Source: Octopus vulgaris
Taxonomy: Eukaryota
Direction of reading: 5' to 3'
DNA: 64,000 bases
Assembly: GCA_951406725.2 (NCBI GenBank)
Contig: OX597816.1
Coordinates: 80,600,001 to 80,664,000 of the forward strand
This document shows, in pieces, positions 43,391 through 55,790 of the stretch. A program made the translations under genes and the position numbers. The notes below the pieces were generated by a model. It was not told the DNA's origin. It worked only from the letters and a program-made list of their open reading frames with translations, and searched no databases. Every line of letters starts with the position of its first letter. Within the stretch, counting starts at the first letter, position 1.

Positions 43391-43548
43391 AAAATGGGCC
43401 GTTTCGGAGGATGTGCCAATCAATACTAGACATATCAGTACTTAAAATAGTACTTAAAATTGGCACTCTCCTCGTCAGGATGTCCTATACAACACATATA
43501 AAATATGAACAAACACACAAATACATAGTCACATACCGGCCATTCTCA
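43391..43548 (-). ncRNA. Degenerate large hammerhead-like motif in the PLE 3' region
   Basis: CTGACGA-GGAG(A)GTGCCAAT...ATTGGCAC(ATC)CTCC-GAAACGGCC; stems I and III are imperfect. Confidence 0.5.
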
Positions 43549-43790
43549 GAACACGATATTTACGTACTCCCAGAAAATTTTTTACGTCGATCCTGAATGG
43601 AACTTTATACGCAAACCATTCGATACAGTTGCCATAGGAAATTGTATGCACGCAGCGCCATCTGGCCCGTTTCACTTCAGCACTTAATTTATTTTATTTT
43701 ATTTTATTCCAATTTTATAAATTCTCCCATACATGCAAAGCCACATACTCAGGTCGAGTCCTCGACTAGCAGCTATTTTTCATATAATCA

Positions 43791-44028
43791 CATTACTTTA
43801 GTTTTATCTCATTTTCCACTCACTATACTTACTAAACTGAATTCACTTGTTATTGGTTAGCTCTAACTTTAATTGCTATTTCTACTTCTAAATTTCCTAG
43901 CTATCTTTTAATAATTACATTACTTTAGTTAAATCTCGTTTACTACTCACTATATTTACTAAGCTTAATTCAATTGTTATTGCTTAGCTCAAACTTTTAT
44001 TGTTCTTTCTATTTCTAAATTTCCTATA
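43791..44028. repeat. Diverged tandem duplication, period about 127 bp, in the PLE 3' region
   Basis: cattactttagtt...ttctaaatttccta occurs at 43791 and again at 43918. Confidence 0.8.
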
Positions 44029-44034
44029 GAACGT

Positions 44035-45280
44035 CGAGTGGATCTTATGCGTACACACCGGTATTGCATCAGTGAACTTATTTAATACTGTGTTGTTGTA
44101 ATTTTTTAATATAGTGTATGCCTCCCTTATGCATAAACCGCATCTAGTGGACCCAATTCTATAAGGGGAGGCAAGATCGAGGATAGCCCATGATATTTTA
44201 AATTCAACATTCCTTTCCTTGAGGTCGTTAATATGTAATGCCAGTGTTGTAGAGGTCCTATATTTAGGATTGTTGAAGGAGCTCAGGTGGGATCGATACC
44301 TCTACTGTGCTTCCGATATATATTTTTCTCTGGCCTCCTTGAGCCTCAACACTACATTTATAAACCACATTTTCCTGGCAACAATTTCCGCTAATCGGAC
44401 ATTCAGTTGGGTCCCTACAATTACATTTCTTCAACCTGCTACAGGATCTCGTATTATTGATAACTCCGAAGCCGTGCGCACTCCCAGTACTAGGATCCAC
44501 CATATCATCTACACCATCGTTCGTACTATTTTCCGGTATAATTATTCTGTTATTATTCCTACTATTACCATTCTTCTTATTTTCATTTTTATTTTTATTT
44601 TTACTAATATTTTTATTACCATTTCCACTACTATTAACACCATCATTACCACCCTGATAATCATTATAATCACTAATATCATCACTGACATCATTATTAT
44701 GATTATCTCTACTATTTATATTATTTTTCGCCCCAACACGCCCTTCACACTCGATTTCAGAAGGCGTACTATTAATATTAATACACTATTCTATGTCTTT
44801 AATGAATATTCCATTAAAGCTTCTGTCATCATGTCTATCATTATAGCGCCTTATTTTACTTCTGTTCAACGAGGCAATAATAGATCCGACATTGGGAGTG
44901 ACTGAGTAGGCCAGCTTGATTGTTGACTTGTTACATATTGAATAATACTTATGGTGTTTTAGGAAATTTTCCTTCAATAACTTAAAAAATAGCTTTGGTA
45001 AACCTTTCACCCTTAATGAAAAAGGAGGGGCAAACCAAGTAAGTTGACGAATCCTAGGCTCAGTATTAATAGTGGGATTACAATATGTTGCTTGGATTGA
45101 TGTACTAAATGTAAGGGCACTCCTGTATCTATTACTAATATTCATATCTCTATTACTACTAGTATTATTCTTATTTCTATTACCACCTTCATTAGACCTA
45201 AATCTAACTTTACACCTTAATTCACATTTACGATTCATATTATTTGTAACCCCTTCCCACCCGTTACCGTTATCGTTCAT
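44035..45280 (-). pseudogene. Frameshifted PLE ORF: linker plus GIY-YIG endonuclease
   Basis: CNCRDPTECPISGNC..ENVVYKC..IYIGST /frameshift/ RYRSHLSSFNN..TTLALHI..ISWAILDLASPY..CGLCIRE /frameshift/ LNK..CTH. Confidence 0.85.
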
Positions 45281-45526
45281 GGTATTTTCATCCTTACAAA
45301 TCTAATTATTAGCCTTATTAACGTGGTTACCATTTACAAGACCGACCACATCGCATTCACTTCTCCTATTTCCAAAGCTTCTTTTATCAGCACAAATATT
45401 GGTCATTATTAGCTGGTTGCTAGCTCCTTGGAAACTATGTGGGGAGCCTCTGCCATCCGAAATCCGTTTCATATCGTACTATTAATATTAATACCCTCTT
45501 CTATGTCTTTAATGAATATTCCATAC

Positions 45527-45582
<56 letters not shown>

Positions 45583-45976
45583 GTATATGTATATGTGTGT
45601 TTATGAGTGCATGTGTTTATATATGTATGAGTGTGTGTATGTGTGATTGTGTGGATGCATGTATGTATAAACTATATTATATTAAATTACATTGTTATAT
45701 ATTCATACAGGCACGCATACAAACACACACACTCACACATACACATGTGGTTCCCCCACAATCCCGGAATTATTGGAAATTTTTTTCGTTGAGTGAATTC
45801 CTGTGACGTCCTAATATTGCAAAATTAGGTTACTGAAGGTGGGCCTGGTAACTGATGGTTTTGGTATCTTGTTATTTGTAACTTTTGGTGAGCCATGGTG
45901 CAACCAACAACATGGTAAAAATCCCTGCCATTAATTTAGTGTGAATGGATAATATCAAATGATTAAATCACAACAT

Positions 45977-46461
45977 GGAAAAATGCGAGCATGAAAATTC
46001 ATATTTTTAAGATTATAAACCTGGAAAAGTACAGGACAAGTTATTACACCTGCTATTGCTTCTAGTAAAGAATAAGTAACATTTTTACTTAAAATATTGC
46101 AGCTAAAATTAAAATTTGAAAATTAAAAATTACTTTATAATAGTTTACAAATAACACTATATTATTTTAAGTAGAATTTGGGTAATTTACTACATTAAAT
46201 ACAGAAAACAATGACTAATTAGACAAACTTACAAATTAGCTGAGCAGTTTTGTACAACACATTTAAAAGATGAGAACTGTAAAGAGTGATAAATTAGGAG
46301 AAATGGCATTCTTTGCTGCAATATTTTAAGTAAAAGGTTTCTTATTCTTTACTTTACTAGAAGTAATATCTTGTCCTATACTTTTCCAGGTGCAATAACT
46401 TGTCCTGTACTCTTCCAGGTTTATAATCTTATTAATATCACTTTTCATGCTCGCATTTTCC
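45977..46461. mobile_element. MITE with inverted arms of about 130-145 bp
   Basis: 45977-46103 is the reverse complement of 46315-46461 (ggaaaaatgcgagcatgaaaa... / ...ttttcatgctcgcattttcc). Confidence 0.8.
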
Positions 46462-46472
46462 TTCTAATACAC

Positions 46473-46507
<35 letters not shown>

Positions 46508-46510
46508 TAC

Positions 46511-46573
<63 letters not shown>

Positions 46574-46587
46574 TTGTGTTACTAAAT

Positions 46588-46706
46588 TTGGCCACTGAAG
46601 ATGCCAGTTACCCTGAAGTCTTCTCAGCGTGGAGCTGCTTCTTTAGACAAGTAAACCACTGCGGAGACATATAGTTCGTTCTTTTGATGGCGAAACTAGG
46701 GCAAAA
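46588..46706 (+). ncRNA. Hammerhead-like motif with long stem II insertion, cleavage site lost
   Basis: gcca-CTGAAGA-t-GCCA...TGGC-GAAACTAG-ggc; internal helix gtcttctcagcgtgg/ccactgcggagac. Confidence 0.5.
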
Positions 46707-46779
46707 AACTGCGATTATATATAGTTAAAAAAATAAAAATAAGAGGAACAATTAAAAAAAAAATAATGAAAGTAATAAT

Positions 46780-47520
46780 TCTTTCAGTTATAGGTGCAAG
46801 GATTGAAACTTTAAGAAAAGGGGGTTGCTCAATAACATTAATTCCATTCTCAAATTAATTGTTACGTTATTGACTCCTAGACGATGAATGGTAAAGTCGA
46901 TCTCGGGGAGATTTGAACTGGGGACGTAGACACCGAAGAAATGCCGCTAAGCATTTCGTCCGGCGTACTGAAAATTCTGCCAGCTTGCCCTAACAATAAT
47001 AATAATCTTTTCTACTATAGGGACAAGGCCTGAAATTTTCGGGGAGGACTCTGAAAGGGTGAAATACAAACTCATTGATGAATAATAATGGTTTGAATTT
47101 TTTGCACGAGGCCAGTGGGAGTGGGGGCAAGTCGATTACATCGACCCCAGTGCTTAACTGGTACTTATTTTATCGACCCTGCAAGGATGAAAGGTAAAGA
47201 CGACCTCGTCGGAATTTGAACTCAGAATGCAAAGACAGGCGAAATGCCGCTGGCATTTTGCCAGGCTTTCTAACTCTTCTGCCAGCTCGCCACCTTAAAA
47301 TATATTGGTTTCATATTTTAGCCCAAGGCGAGAAACTTCGGGGAGTGGGTAAGTTGATTACATCGACCCCAATGTTTCACTGATACTTAAGTTATCGGCC
47401 ACGAAAGGATGAAAGGCAAAGTTGACCTCTGTGAAACTAGAACGCAAAACATAAAGACGGGCAAAATGCCGCTAGGCATTTTTACCCTGCGAGCTAACGA
47501 TCCTGCCAGCTCAACCCCTT
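46780..47520 (-). mobile_element. Head-to-tail cluster of 3-4 SINE family A copies
   Basis: Repeated aaaggtaaag..gacctc..gaatttgaact..aaatgccgct..ctgccagct units separated by short AAT repeats. Confidence 0.8.
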
Positions 47521-47548
47521 AATAATACTATTAATAATAATAATAATG

Positions 47549-47602
<54 letters not shown>

Positions 47603-47639
47603 GTAATGATGATGATGATGATAAATATAACTGAAACTA

Positions 47640-50600
47640 GCAAGATTATTTGTGATGCAGCTATGGTTGCTGCAGAATAATTTGGATACAAAAGATAAGA
47701 ACAAACAGAAGGTAAACAACCACACTGGCGTTGAAGAATGTGTGGGAGAAAAAAGTTAAAAAGACATTAAGAACAAGTTGATACATTGAGAAGAGAGGAA
47801 TTGCAGAAAGAAAGCATAAAAATAATGCTGGAAAGAACATATAGCATAAGAGATAAAGGTTATAATGTGATATTGGAAGAATTGAAACAAAGGGTAGTAG
47901 CAATCAAAGCAAAACTGGAAAGATACAACAACAGAAAAAGAACGTTCAGGCAAAAAAGATTGTTAGAAGCAAATAATAAGAAACTGTTTCAGGAACTAGA
48001 TGGGCAAATACACGCAACAATGATACCAGATGCAGAGGAAAGCAAGGTATTCTGGAGAGGGATCTGGGACCAACCTGTACAACATAATGACGAAGCGTAG
48101 TGGCTGCATGAAATCCAGGAAAGATCAAGAAATACAGAAATCCAAGAAGACATAAAGATAACTACAGAAATGATTTTAAAAATGCAGTTAAGAAAATTCC
48201 CAAATTGGAAGAGCCCAGGACCGGATGAGGTACAAGGTTATTGGATGAAAAAGCTGACAGGGCTCCATCAAAGGATAGTACAACAGCTATATGAGTGTTT
48301 GCAGGAAGGTGCAGCACAGGGAAAGACATTGTTATGTGCCAATGATTCTAAAAAGGGAAATGTTGCATCTAACTTTAGACCAATAACATGCCTTCCACTA
48401 ATGTGGAAACTAATGTCAGTTGCTTTGGCCGGTGAACTATAGAGATACTTGGAAAAAAGTGTGCTGCTACCCATTGAACTGAAAGGGTACCGAAAAAGGA
48501 GCCGGGGAATTTATAATCTAATTATCTGGAACTGCAAGTGAAGGCATGCAAACCTGAGCATGGCATGAGTTGACTATCACAAAGAATACGATATGATACC
48601 ACACTCCTGGATAATAAGAACAATGGGAAAGCATGGAGTAGCAGGAAATATGAGAAGCCTTATATAGAACAGTATGAAATGCTGTGGAGAACAGAATTGA
48701 CAGAAAGGAAGCAAGTACTAGGAGATGTGAAAATCAAGAGAGGAATATTCCAGTGGGACAGTGTATCCCCACTGATATTCGGGCTGGGAATGATGCTCTT
48801 GAGTGAAATACTACAGAAAACAAAACTGGGGTGTGATCCGAGAAGAGGTAAGGGAAAACTGAATCACTTGCTATTCATAGACGACCTCAAACTAATCAAA
48901 AAATCTGAGGCCCAACTGGACAGCCTAGTCCAGTCTGTGCAGATTTTCTCCAATGATATTAAGATGGAGTTTGAACTCCCAAAATGTGCTGCGATGGTGA
49001 TGCGACGAGGAAAGCTTGCAAGGACAGAAGACATATGGTTGCCAGGTGGTGAAATGATAAAGGCAATGTAACCTCAATCCAGCTATAAATACCTGGGAAT
49101 ACTTGAGGCAGATGGAATTAAAAACAACACAACATGAAGGAAAACACAAAAAGAGAGTACCTGCGGCGAGTGAGAAAATATTGGCTTTAAAGCTGAATGC
49201 CAGAAACAATTTCGTCAATAAACTCGCGCGTAGTCGCAATAATTCGGTATGGCGCTAGAATCCTGAAGTGAAAAGAGGAGGAGCTAGAAGAGATGGACAG
49301 GAAGTCAGAAAGCTCCTAACGATGCATGGAGCCTATCATCCACGTGCAGACACTGATCAACTATACATGAAGAGAGCAAATGAAACAAGGGGACTGATAA
49401 GTGTGGAAGACTGCGTGCGTATTGAACTCGAGAGTTTAATAAGATACCTAGCCCAAAGTAAGGAATTCTTTGTAGTGGTAGTTAGGAACGAGGGAGAATT
49501 GAAAGCAGAGAAAAAGGGCAAAACAAAGGAAGAAGTAAAAAACAACTTGAAGAAGAATTACGCAAGAAGGGCCTACACAATCAATTTCATGTAGCCACAA
49601 CAGATGTTGCTGGGAAAAATAGGTAGGATTGGCTGGTGAAAGGAATCCCTAAAAAAAGAAGCCGAAATCACTATACTGGTAGCGCAAGACCAAGCTTTGG
49701 CTACGAACTGGAATGTTAACCTTAGGAATGAGCAAGTGTCTCTGCTGTGCCGCATCTGCAACAGAGTAGATGAAACCATTCCCCATACCACGTACGAATG
49801 CCCTAGACCACTACAAATGGTGTTGACACGCCCAGGTAGCAAAAGTGCTACATTGGAAACTGCGAAAAGTGGGAGTAGAGAGAGGCAAGACGTTGTATGA
49901 GCACAAACCGCAGAGAGTGACGGAGAAGGAGACTAGCAAAATCCTCTAGTATTTCCCAATCCAAGCAGATCAGGTGCCAGAGCATAATAAACTTGACCTA
50001 GTGGCGGTGGACAAGGTGCAACACATATGCTATATAGCTGACGTTGCATGCCACTTTGACTCACGAAAGAAGGCGAAAAGGCAGATAGATACAACCCACT
50101 CGTGTACGAAATAGCCCGGCTATGGAAAATGAAGAAGGTGAAGATAGTGCCAATTATTGTTGGGTCCTTGGGAGCAGTATCAGAAGGCATCAAGAGGAAT
50201 ATAAAGGAAATTGGAATAGAGTGCCCAGAAGAACTGTTACAAATTTTTGCCTCCTTGGCACGGCTAGAATAATCAAGAAAGTAATAGGTACCGGAAAAGA
50301 ACGAATAGCTGGTACCGTAGAGAACTGGTATGAGCATGTACGAAGTAAAGTTATGCAGGAGGATGCAAAAGTAACGATTCTCTGGGACTATGATTTTCAG
50401 ACGGATCGTGTAATCGAACACCAACAGCCGGATATTGTCATATTGAATAAGGGAGAGAAATACTGTCAGATCATCGATGTAGACATACCAAATGACATGA
50501 ATATTTTGAGTAAAGAGGTTGAAAAATTCATCAACTACTCTGAATTGAAAGTGGAAATGCTAAGACTATATGGAATGGGAGAAGGTAATGTAAAAGTGAT

Positions 50601-50810
50601 ACCAGTGGTGATCGGAACGTTGAGCTCAGTCCCATTAAAACTTCAAGACTTCTTAAGGTAACTGGAATTCCCATGCGAGATTCATGTCTGGCAAAAAGCA
50701 GCCTTATTGGGCACAGCGCACATCTTAAGGAAACTATTATCTGTCTGAATTCCTTGCTGTGAATTGACATATGACTAAAGATTCCGGTGCATTTTTACCT
50801 ACACTGTGTT
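47640..50810 (+). mobile_element. R4/Dong-like non-LTR retrotransposon (RT, CCHC knuckle, RLE), 5'-truncated and disrupted, in (TAA)n
   Basis: WKSPGPD, NFRPITCL, GIFQWDSVSPL, HLLFIDDLKL, YKYLG, HPRADTDQLY, AQDQAL, CRIC...H...C, LWDYDFQTD..PD..IID; TAA repeats on both flanks. Confidence 0.92.
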
Positions 50811-50839
50811 ACTAAGGAATAATAAAAAAAATAATAATA

Positions 50840-51021
50840 ATGGTTTCAAATTTTGCCACAGCATTTTTTTTTTGGGTGGGGAGGGTCAATTCCATCAACC
50901 TCAGTGTACAACTGGTACTTATTTTATCGACATCGAAAGGATGAAAGGCAAAATCGACCTCGACGAAATGCCGCTAGCGTGTTGCCCAGCATGCTAACGA
51001 TTCTGCTAGATCGCCGCCTTA
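50840..51021 (-). mobile_element. SINE family A, internally deleted
   Basis: aactggtacttattttatcgac..aaaggatgaaaggcaaaatcgacctcg and head ...cgccgcctt. Confidence 0.8.
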
Positions 51022-51022
51022 A

Positions 51023-51111
<89 letters not shown>

Positions 51112-51408
51112 TTTTAGATATAACTTTTGCACGAGATTGACTTACGTTGTTCTGCATTATTTCAGGTGCATGAGGTGTTTGATTCTTCCCTCACTTTATC
51201 TAGTCTGAAGAAAAAGCTTCCCGCAATGGAAACTTCGGAGTAAAAGTCTACAGGCCTTGTTTATGTAAACTTCGACACACTTTTGTGCTAAGTATTATTT
51301 GCACATCTTTACTGAACGATGAGAAATGTATATATGTATGTATGTATGCATGTATGTATGTATGGGTTGACAGATGTGTATATTTATGTTTATCTCTCCA
51401 TCTCTCTC

Positions 51409-51445
<37 letters not shown>

Positions 51446-51613
51446 ATTAATATGTATATACACGCACAAGCACACATGCAAAATGCATGCATATATATAC
51501 AAATGTATATATATATATATATATATTCACACACATACAGAATATATATATTTAAATATATATATCACAAACATATACATATATATATACATACACATAT
51601 ATAAGCGTGTATG

Positions 51614-51670
<57 letters not shown>

Positions 51671-51731
51671 GCTTTTATATGTATACACACATAACATACA
51701 CAGAATAAGACCGCGAATATGTAAAAGTGAT

Positions 51732-51766
<35 letters not shown>

Positions 51767-52199
51767 TACATACATACAAGCATGCATACATACATACATA
51801 CATACATACATACAAACATACATACATACATGCATACACACACACACATGTAGGCTTTCTCTGTGTATAGAATTATAGTTTATGCCTCTCACCTAACCTC
51901 TCACACTTCTTTATTTTCCTTTTACCCTTCTTCGATGACTCACTTAAATGTCGTGTAATCCCTATGTGGTATCACAACATTTCTAAATCGGGTCCATTTA
52001 TGTTCTTCTTGGTATTTTGTTTCATATCATATTGTATAAAATAAACATGACACGGTTCTTGATAACGCATATCAGAAAAACACATGTAACAGTAATCCTT
52101 AGTGTAAACGCGATGCTTATTGCACTACAATTACTAACATGTTGTTACAAATGCTCCTCCTATTCCTCCTCCTACTACTACCACTAATAATAATAAACC

Positions 52200-52915
52200 T
52201 TTCTACTGGAAGCACAATACCTCAAATTTGGGGGACGGGATTAAGTCGATTACATGGACCCCAGTGCGTAACTGTTGCTTATTTAATCGACCCCGAAAGG
52301 ATAAAAGGCAAAATCGACCTTGGCGGAATTTGAACTCAGAACGTAGTGGCGGGCGAAGTTCTGCTAAGCATTTCGTCTAGCGTACTAACGATTCTCCCAG
52401 CTCGCCACCTTAATAATAATAATAAATATTATTATTATCATTATTATTATTATCATTAATTCAATTTTTTCCAAAAGGTTAGGTTGGAGGAGGAGGGAAT
52501 GAATCGATTGCCTCAACACAAGTGTTCAACTGCTACTTATTTTATCGACCCCGAAATGATAAATGGCAAAGTCCAACTCGGTGGAATTTGAACTCAGAAC
52601 GTAGCGACAGACGAAATACCTATTTTTTTACTACCCACAAGGGGCCAAACACAGAGAGAACAAACAAGGACAGACAAACCCTTCCCACAACGGGCGAAAA
52701 GGCGGCGAGCTGGTAAAACCATTAGCACGCCGGGCGAAATGCTTAGTGGTATTTTGTCTGTCTTTATGTTCTGAGTTCAAATCCTGCTGCGGTCGACTTT
52801 TCCTTTCATTCTTTCGGGTTCGATAAATTAAGTACCAGTTGGGTACTGGGGTAGATCTAGTTGACTCGCCCCCCCCCACTCCACCAAAATTTCGAACCTT
52901 GTGCCTAGAGTAAAA

Positions 52916-52984
<69 letters not shown>

Positions 52985-53189
52985 GTTATTAAAGCAACGA
53001 GCTGGCCGAATCGTTAGCACGCCAGGCGAAATGCTTAGCGGTATTTCGTCCGTCTTCACGCTCTGAGTTCAATTCTCTTTGCCTTTCATCTTTTCGGGGT
53101 CGAAAAAATAAGTTCCAGTTGAACACATGTCGATGTAATCGACTTAATCCCTTATCCCAAATTCGAGGCTTTGTGCTTACTGTAGAAAA

Positions 53190-53190
<1 letters not shown>
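52200..53190. mobile_element. Cluster of four SINE family A copies (two minus, two plus) with (TAA)n/(TTA)n spacers
   Basis: Minus copies at 52200-52410 and 52490-52680; plus copies at 52700-52912 and 52998-53190. Confidence 0.85.
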
Positions 53191-53225
<35 letters not shown>

Positions 53226-53399
53226 CTCACTTTGGTTAATATACCCTTTTGTAGCCAACAACACTAGCTTTAAATAAAATCAGTAACAATTTGAAAATTT
53301 GAATGGATTATTGATGTCTTTGAGGTTCTTCCTTTGCTCTTGTTTACGTATTTCATACAATTGTCTTCAAAGTGTTTTGATGTTTTTAGTATCTTCATG

Positions 53400-54240
53400 A
53401 TGTCCTATCGATTTCAAACTTTTTTCTAAACACCTACATGAATATATTTCTTTTTCTGAAATTTAAGTCAAACTCTGGGTCATATTTATATGTAGGTGCG
53501 TCATTTCTCAGAACACAGTCCTCCACAGGTTAGGTGTTTGGAATTCTTTCATTTTCCATACGAAATATATAGTCTGCCCACCTCACTCTGTCACGTTGCA
53601 AGAAAGCTAGGCCTACAAAGATTGATAACTCTTAAACCTTAAAATCAATCACATTGTCTCTGCAAAATATATATGTATTATCTCGGAGACACTTTTCCTG
53701 CAAATATCTGTGAACGTTTTATTTGGTTTGTTTAACTGCTGAGCAGTTATCAGAACGGATAAAATGCATGTTTTCAAAATTCATTATCATTCCTATATAC
53801 AGTTAAAACATAGCAAAGCTTTTAATTTATCAAAGAGCAGCAATGACTTCTGAATTCTATTTGCTCTTTTGTCATTTACATGTTCAACCTTGTTTAATGT
53901 ACTGCCAATATATGCAGTATGATATTATTTCATGATGTACGCAACAGTTTCTAAGGTAGGATTGATAAAGGATAACAGCTTTATAAAGCTATATGAACTG
54001 CCATGAAATTTTATCCATAAGAATTTGAAGATCTGTTTAAGTAGAAATATATCACAAGTCATCAGTGTACGAGAGGTGCCTTGTCGGAGGCACAACTGTG
54101 AATTATCTAGAAATGTAATTATTCTTTTGGTTTCAAACTAAGCAGACCACTTGCCGATGCTCACCCAAAGCGAGTTCTAGTTTTCTGCCTCAAGAATATA
54201 ATTTCAATTTAAATCTTGCTATATCTTTCTAAACCGCTAT
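53400..54240 (-). mobile_element. RTE-like LINE RT/3' fragment, decayed
   Basis: LYTDD..DLQILMDK.. and VRWADYIFRMENERIP in the expected RTE order. Confidence 0.6.
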
Positions 54241-54431
54241 ATTTTAAAACTAATCTACAATTACGTTTTAGGACCGATTCCATTCCAGCCTTTCGCATTA
54301 TTTCTTTCTTTTTTCTCTCTCTCTCAGAATTAAATTGTATTTGTTTCTAAATTTCTACGTGATTCGAGATAAAAGATGCCTTCGTCCCATCGAGGAGCTG
54401 TATACCCTGCTCCCACCACTAGATTTCCGTA

Positions 54432-54472
<41 letters not shown>

Positions 54473-54635
54473 GCGAGTGTGTTTGTGTGTGTGAATATAT
54501 GTATGTATGTATGCATGTGTATGAATGTATGTATGTATGTATATTTGTATGTATTTATGTATGCAAATGAGGACGCTTGTGTGTATGTATGTATCAGTAG
54601 TGTGTTTGTGTTGTTATTGTTAGACTGAGTATTCA

Positions 54636-54790
54636 TATGATCAAAGGAATTTCATTCGCGACAATCCCGCCGTTTTTTAAGTATGTAGAACTTACATTAT
54701 TTCAGCCCTGTTCTTATTTAAGGCAGTAGGGTGTGATTTGAGAAAAATTTGGCGGTAATTTCTCACGTTGAGGCACTCGAAGCGCTTGTT
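54636..54790 (+). repeat. Old dispersed repeat of unknown class
   Basis: Related gtgtgatttgag..atttggc..tatttct..caggtc blocks near 13230-13410, 21850-21990, 56600-56840, 60600-60745 and 63650-63770. Confidence 0.45.
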
Positions 54791-54985
54791 TTCGTGTCTG
54801 CATATCAATTATCTTATATACATGTCGTTGTGTGTGTGTGTATGTGTGTGTGTGTGTGTAAATATATATATATACATACATAGAGAGAGAGGGAGAGATA
54901 GTTACATTTTTAGCAAAAAATATGGGTGCGTGCACGTTTTGCATATGTGTTTATGCATGTGTGAAACACTCTGTGTGTATGTATA

Positions 54986-55018
54986 TAGATAGATAGATAC
55001 ATACATAGATAGATAGAC

Positions 55019-55098
<80 letters not shown>
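54986..55098. repeat. (GATA)n microsatellite
   Basis: Direct inspection. Confidence 0.95.
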
Positions 55099-55099
<1 letters not shown>

Positions 55100-55719
55100 T
55101 CTTTCTATTTCGACCAGACACACATGTATACATTATAGGAACATAGAAACAACTACATTGGAAACTACTTGAGCTAATTAATATACAATGCATGAATCAT
55201 TTTCTTATGAAATGCCGGATTAGCCTCTGTTAAATATGTGTATTTAACATCACTTTGCACTTTACTTAGTTCAATTTGTCGGAAAAGAAGAAAAATAATA
55301 ATAATAATGAATAAATCGAAAATGTGTAAACCATTTTGTTAGGCTCCACAATCAATTGATTTTGGATTATCTCATGCTTTAAGTGCATATATATTATTTG
55401 TTTATAGTAAATTTGTATCCATAATTGTATATGGCTAATTGCAATATATGCGCCAATCATGATGTCACCAGGATGATATATGTTTGCCTTTCCTTATAAA
55501 ATGAGGCTTTGAACTTTCGTATAAACACAGATGGATACCGCACCATCTGTTTTTAAATCTACGCGAATGTTTACCTTTCGTTTTGTTTCATTATTTTTGC
55601 ACTCCGGGTTTAGAAAATAGAATTAGTTGAGATTCATACGGTTAATGTTGATTTTGAAGGAATATATGGGTATATATATACATGTGTGTGTGTGTGTGTG
55701 TGTCTGTGCGTGTGTGTGT

Positions 55720-55790
<71 letters not shown>

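Larger units (their letters stand above)
42960..45523 (-). mobile_element. Penelope-like element (PLE), 5'-truncated, probably Naiad clade; outer boundaries approximate
   Basis: RT-thumb/linker (LTWFAPPFS...KLAYSVTPN), CxCx5C motif, GIY-YIG endonuclease and a downstream hammerhead-like motif; flanked by microsatellites. Confidence 0.8.

Noticed and set aside
44118-44173. tgcctcccttat/ataaggggaggca inverted repeat
   Set aside because: It lies in GIY-YIG coding sequence and has no independent support as an RNA element.
44219-44905. 228-aa hydrophobic plus-strand ORF
   Set aside because: It is the antisense shadow of the PLE and its low-complexity insert.
55420-55490. HPGDIMIGA resembling a class C GPCR N-terminus
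   Set aside because: Too short, with no supporting frame or splice sites.
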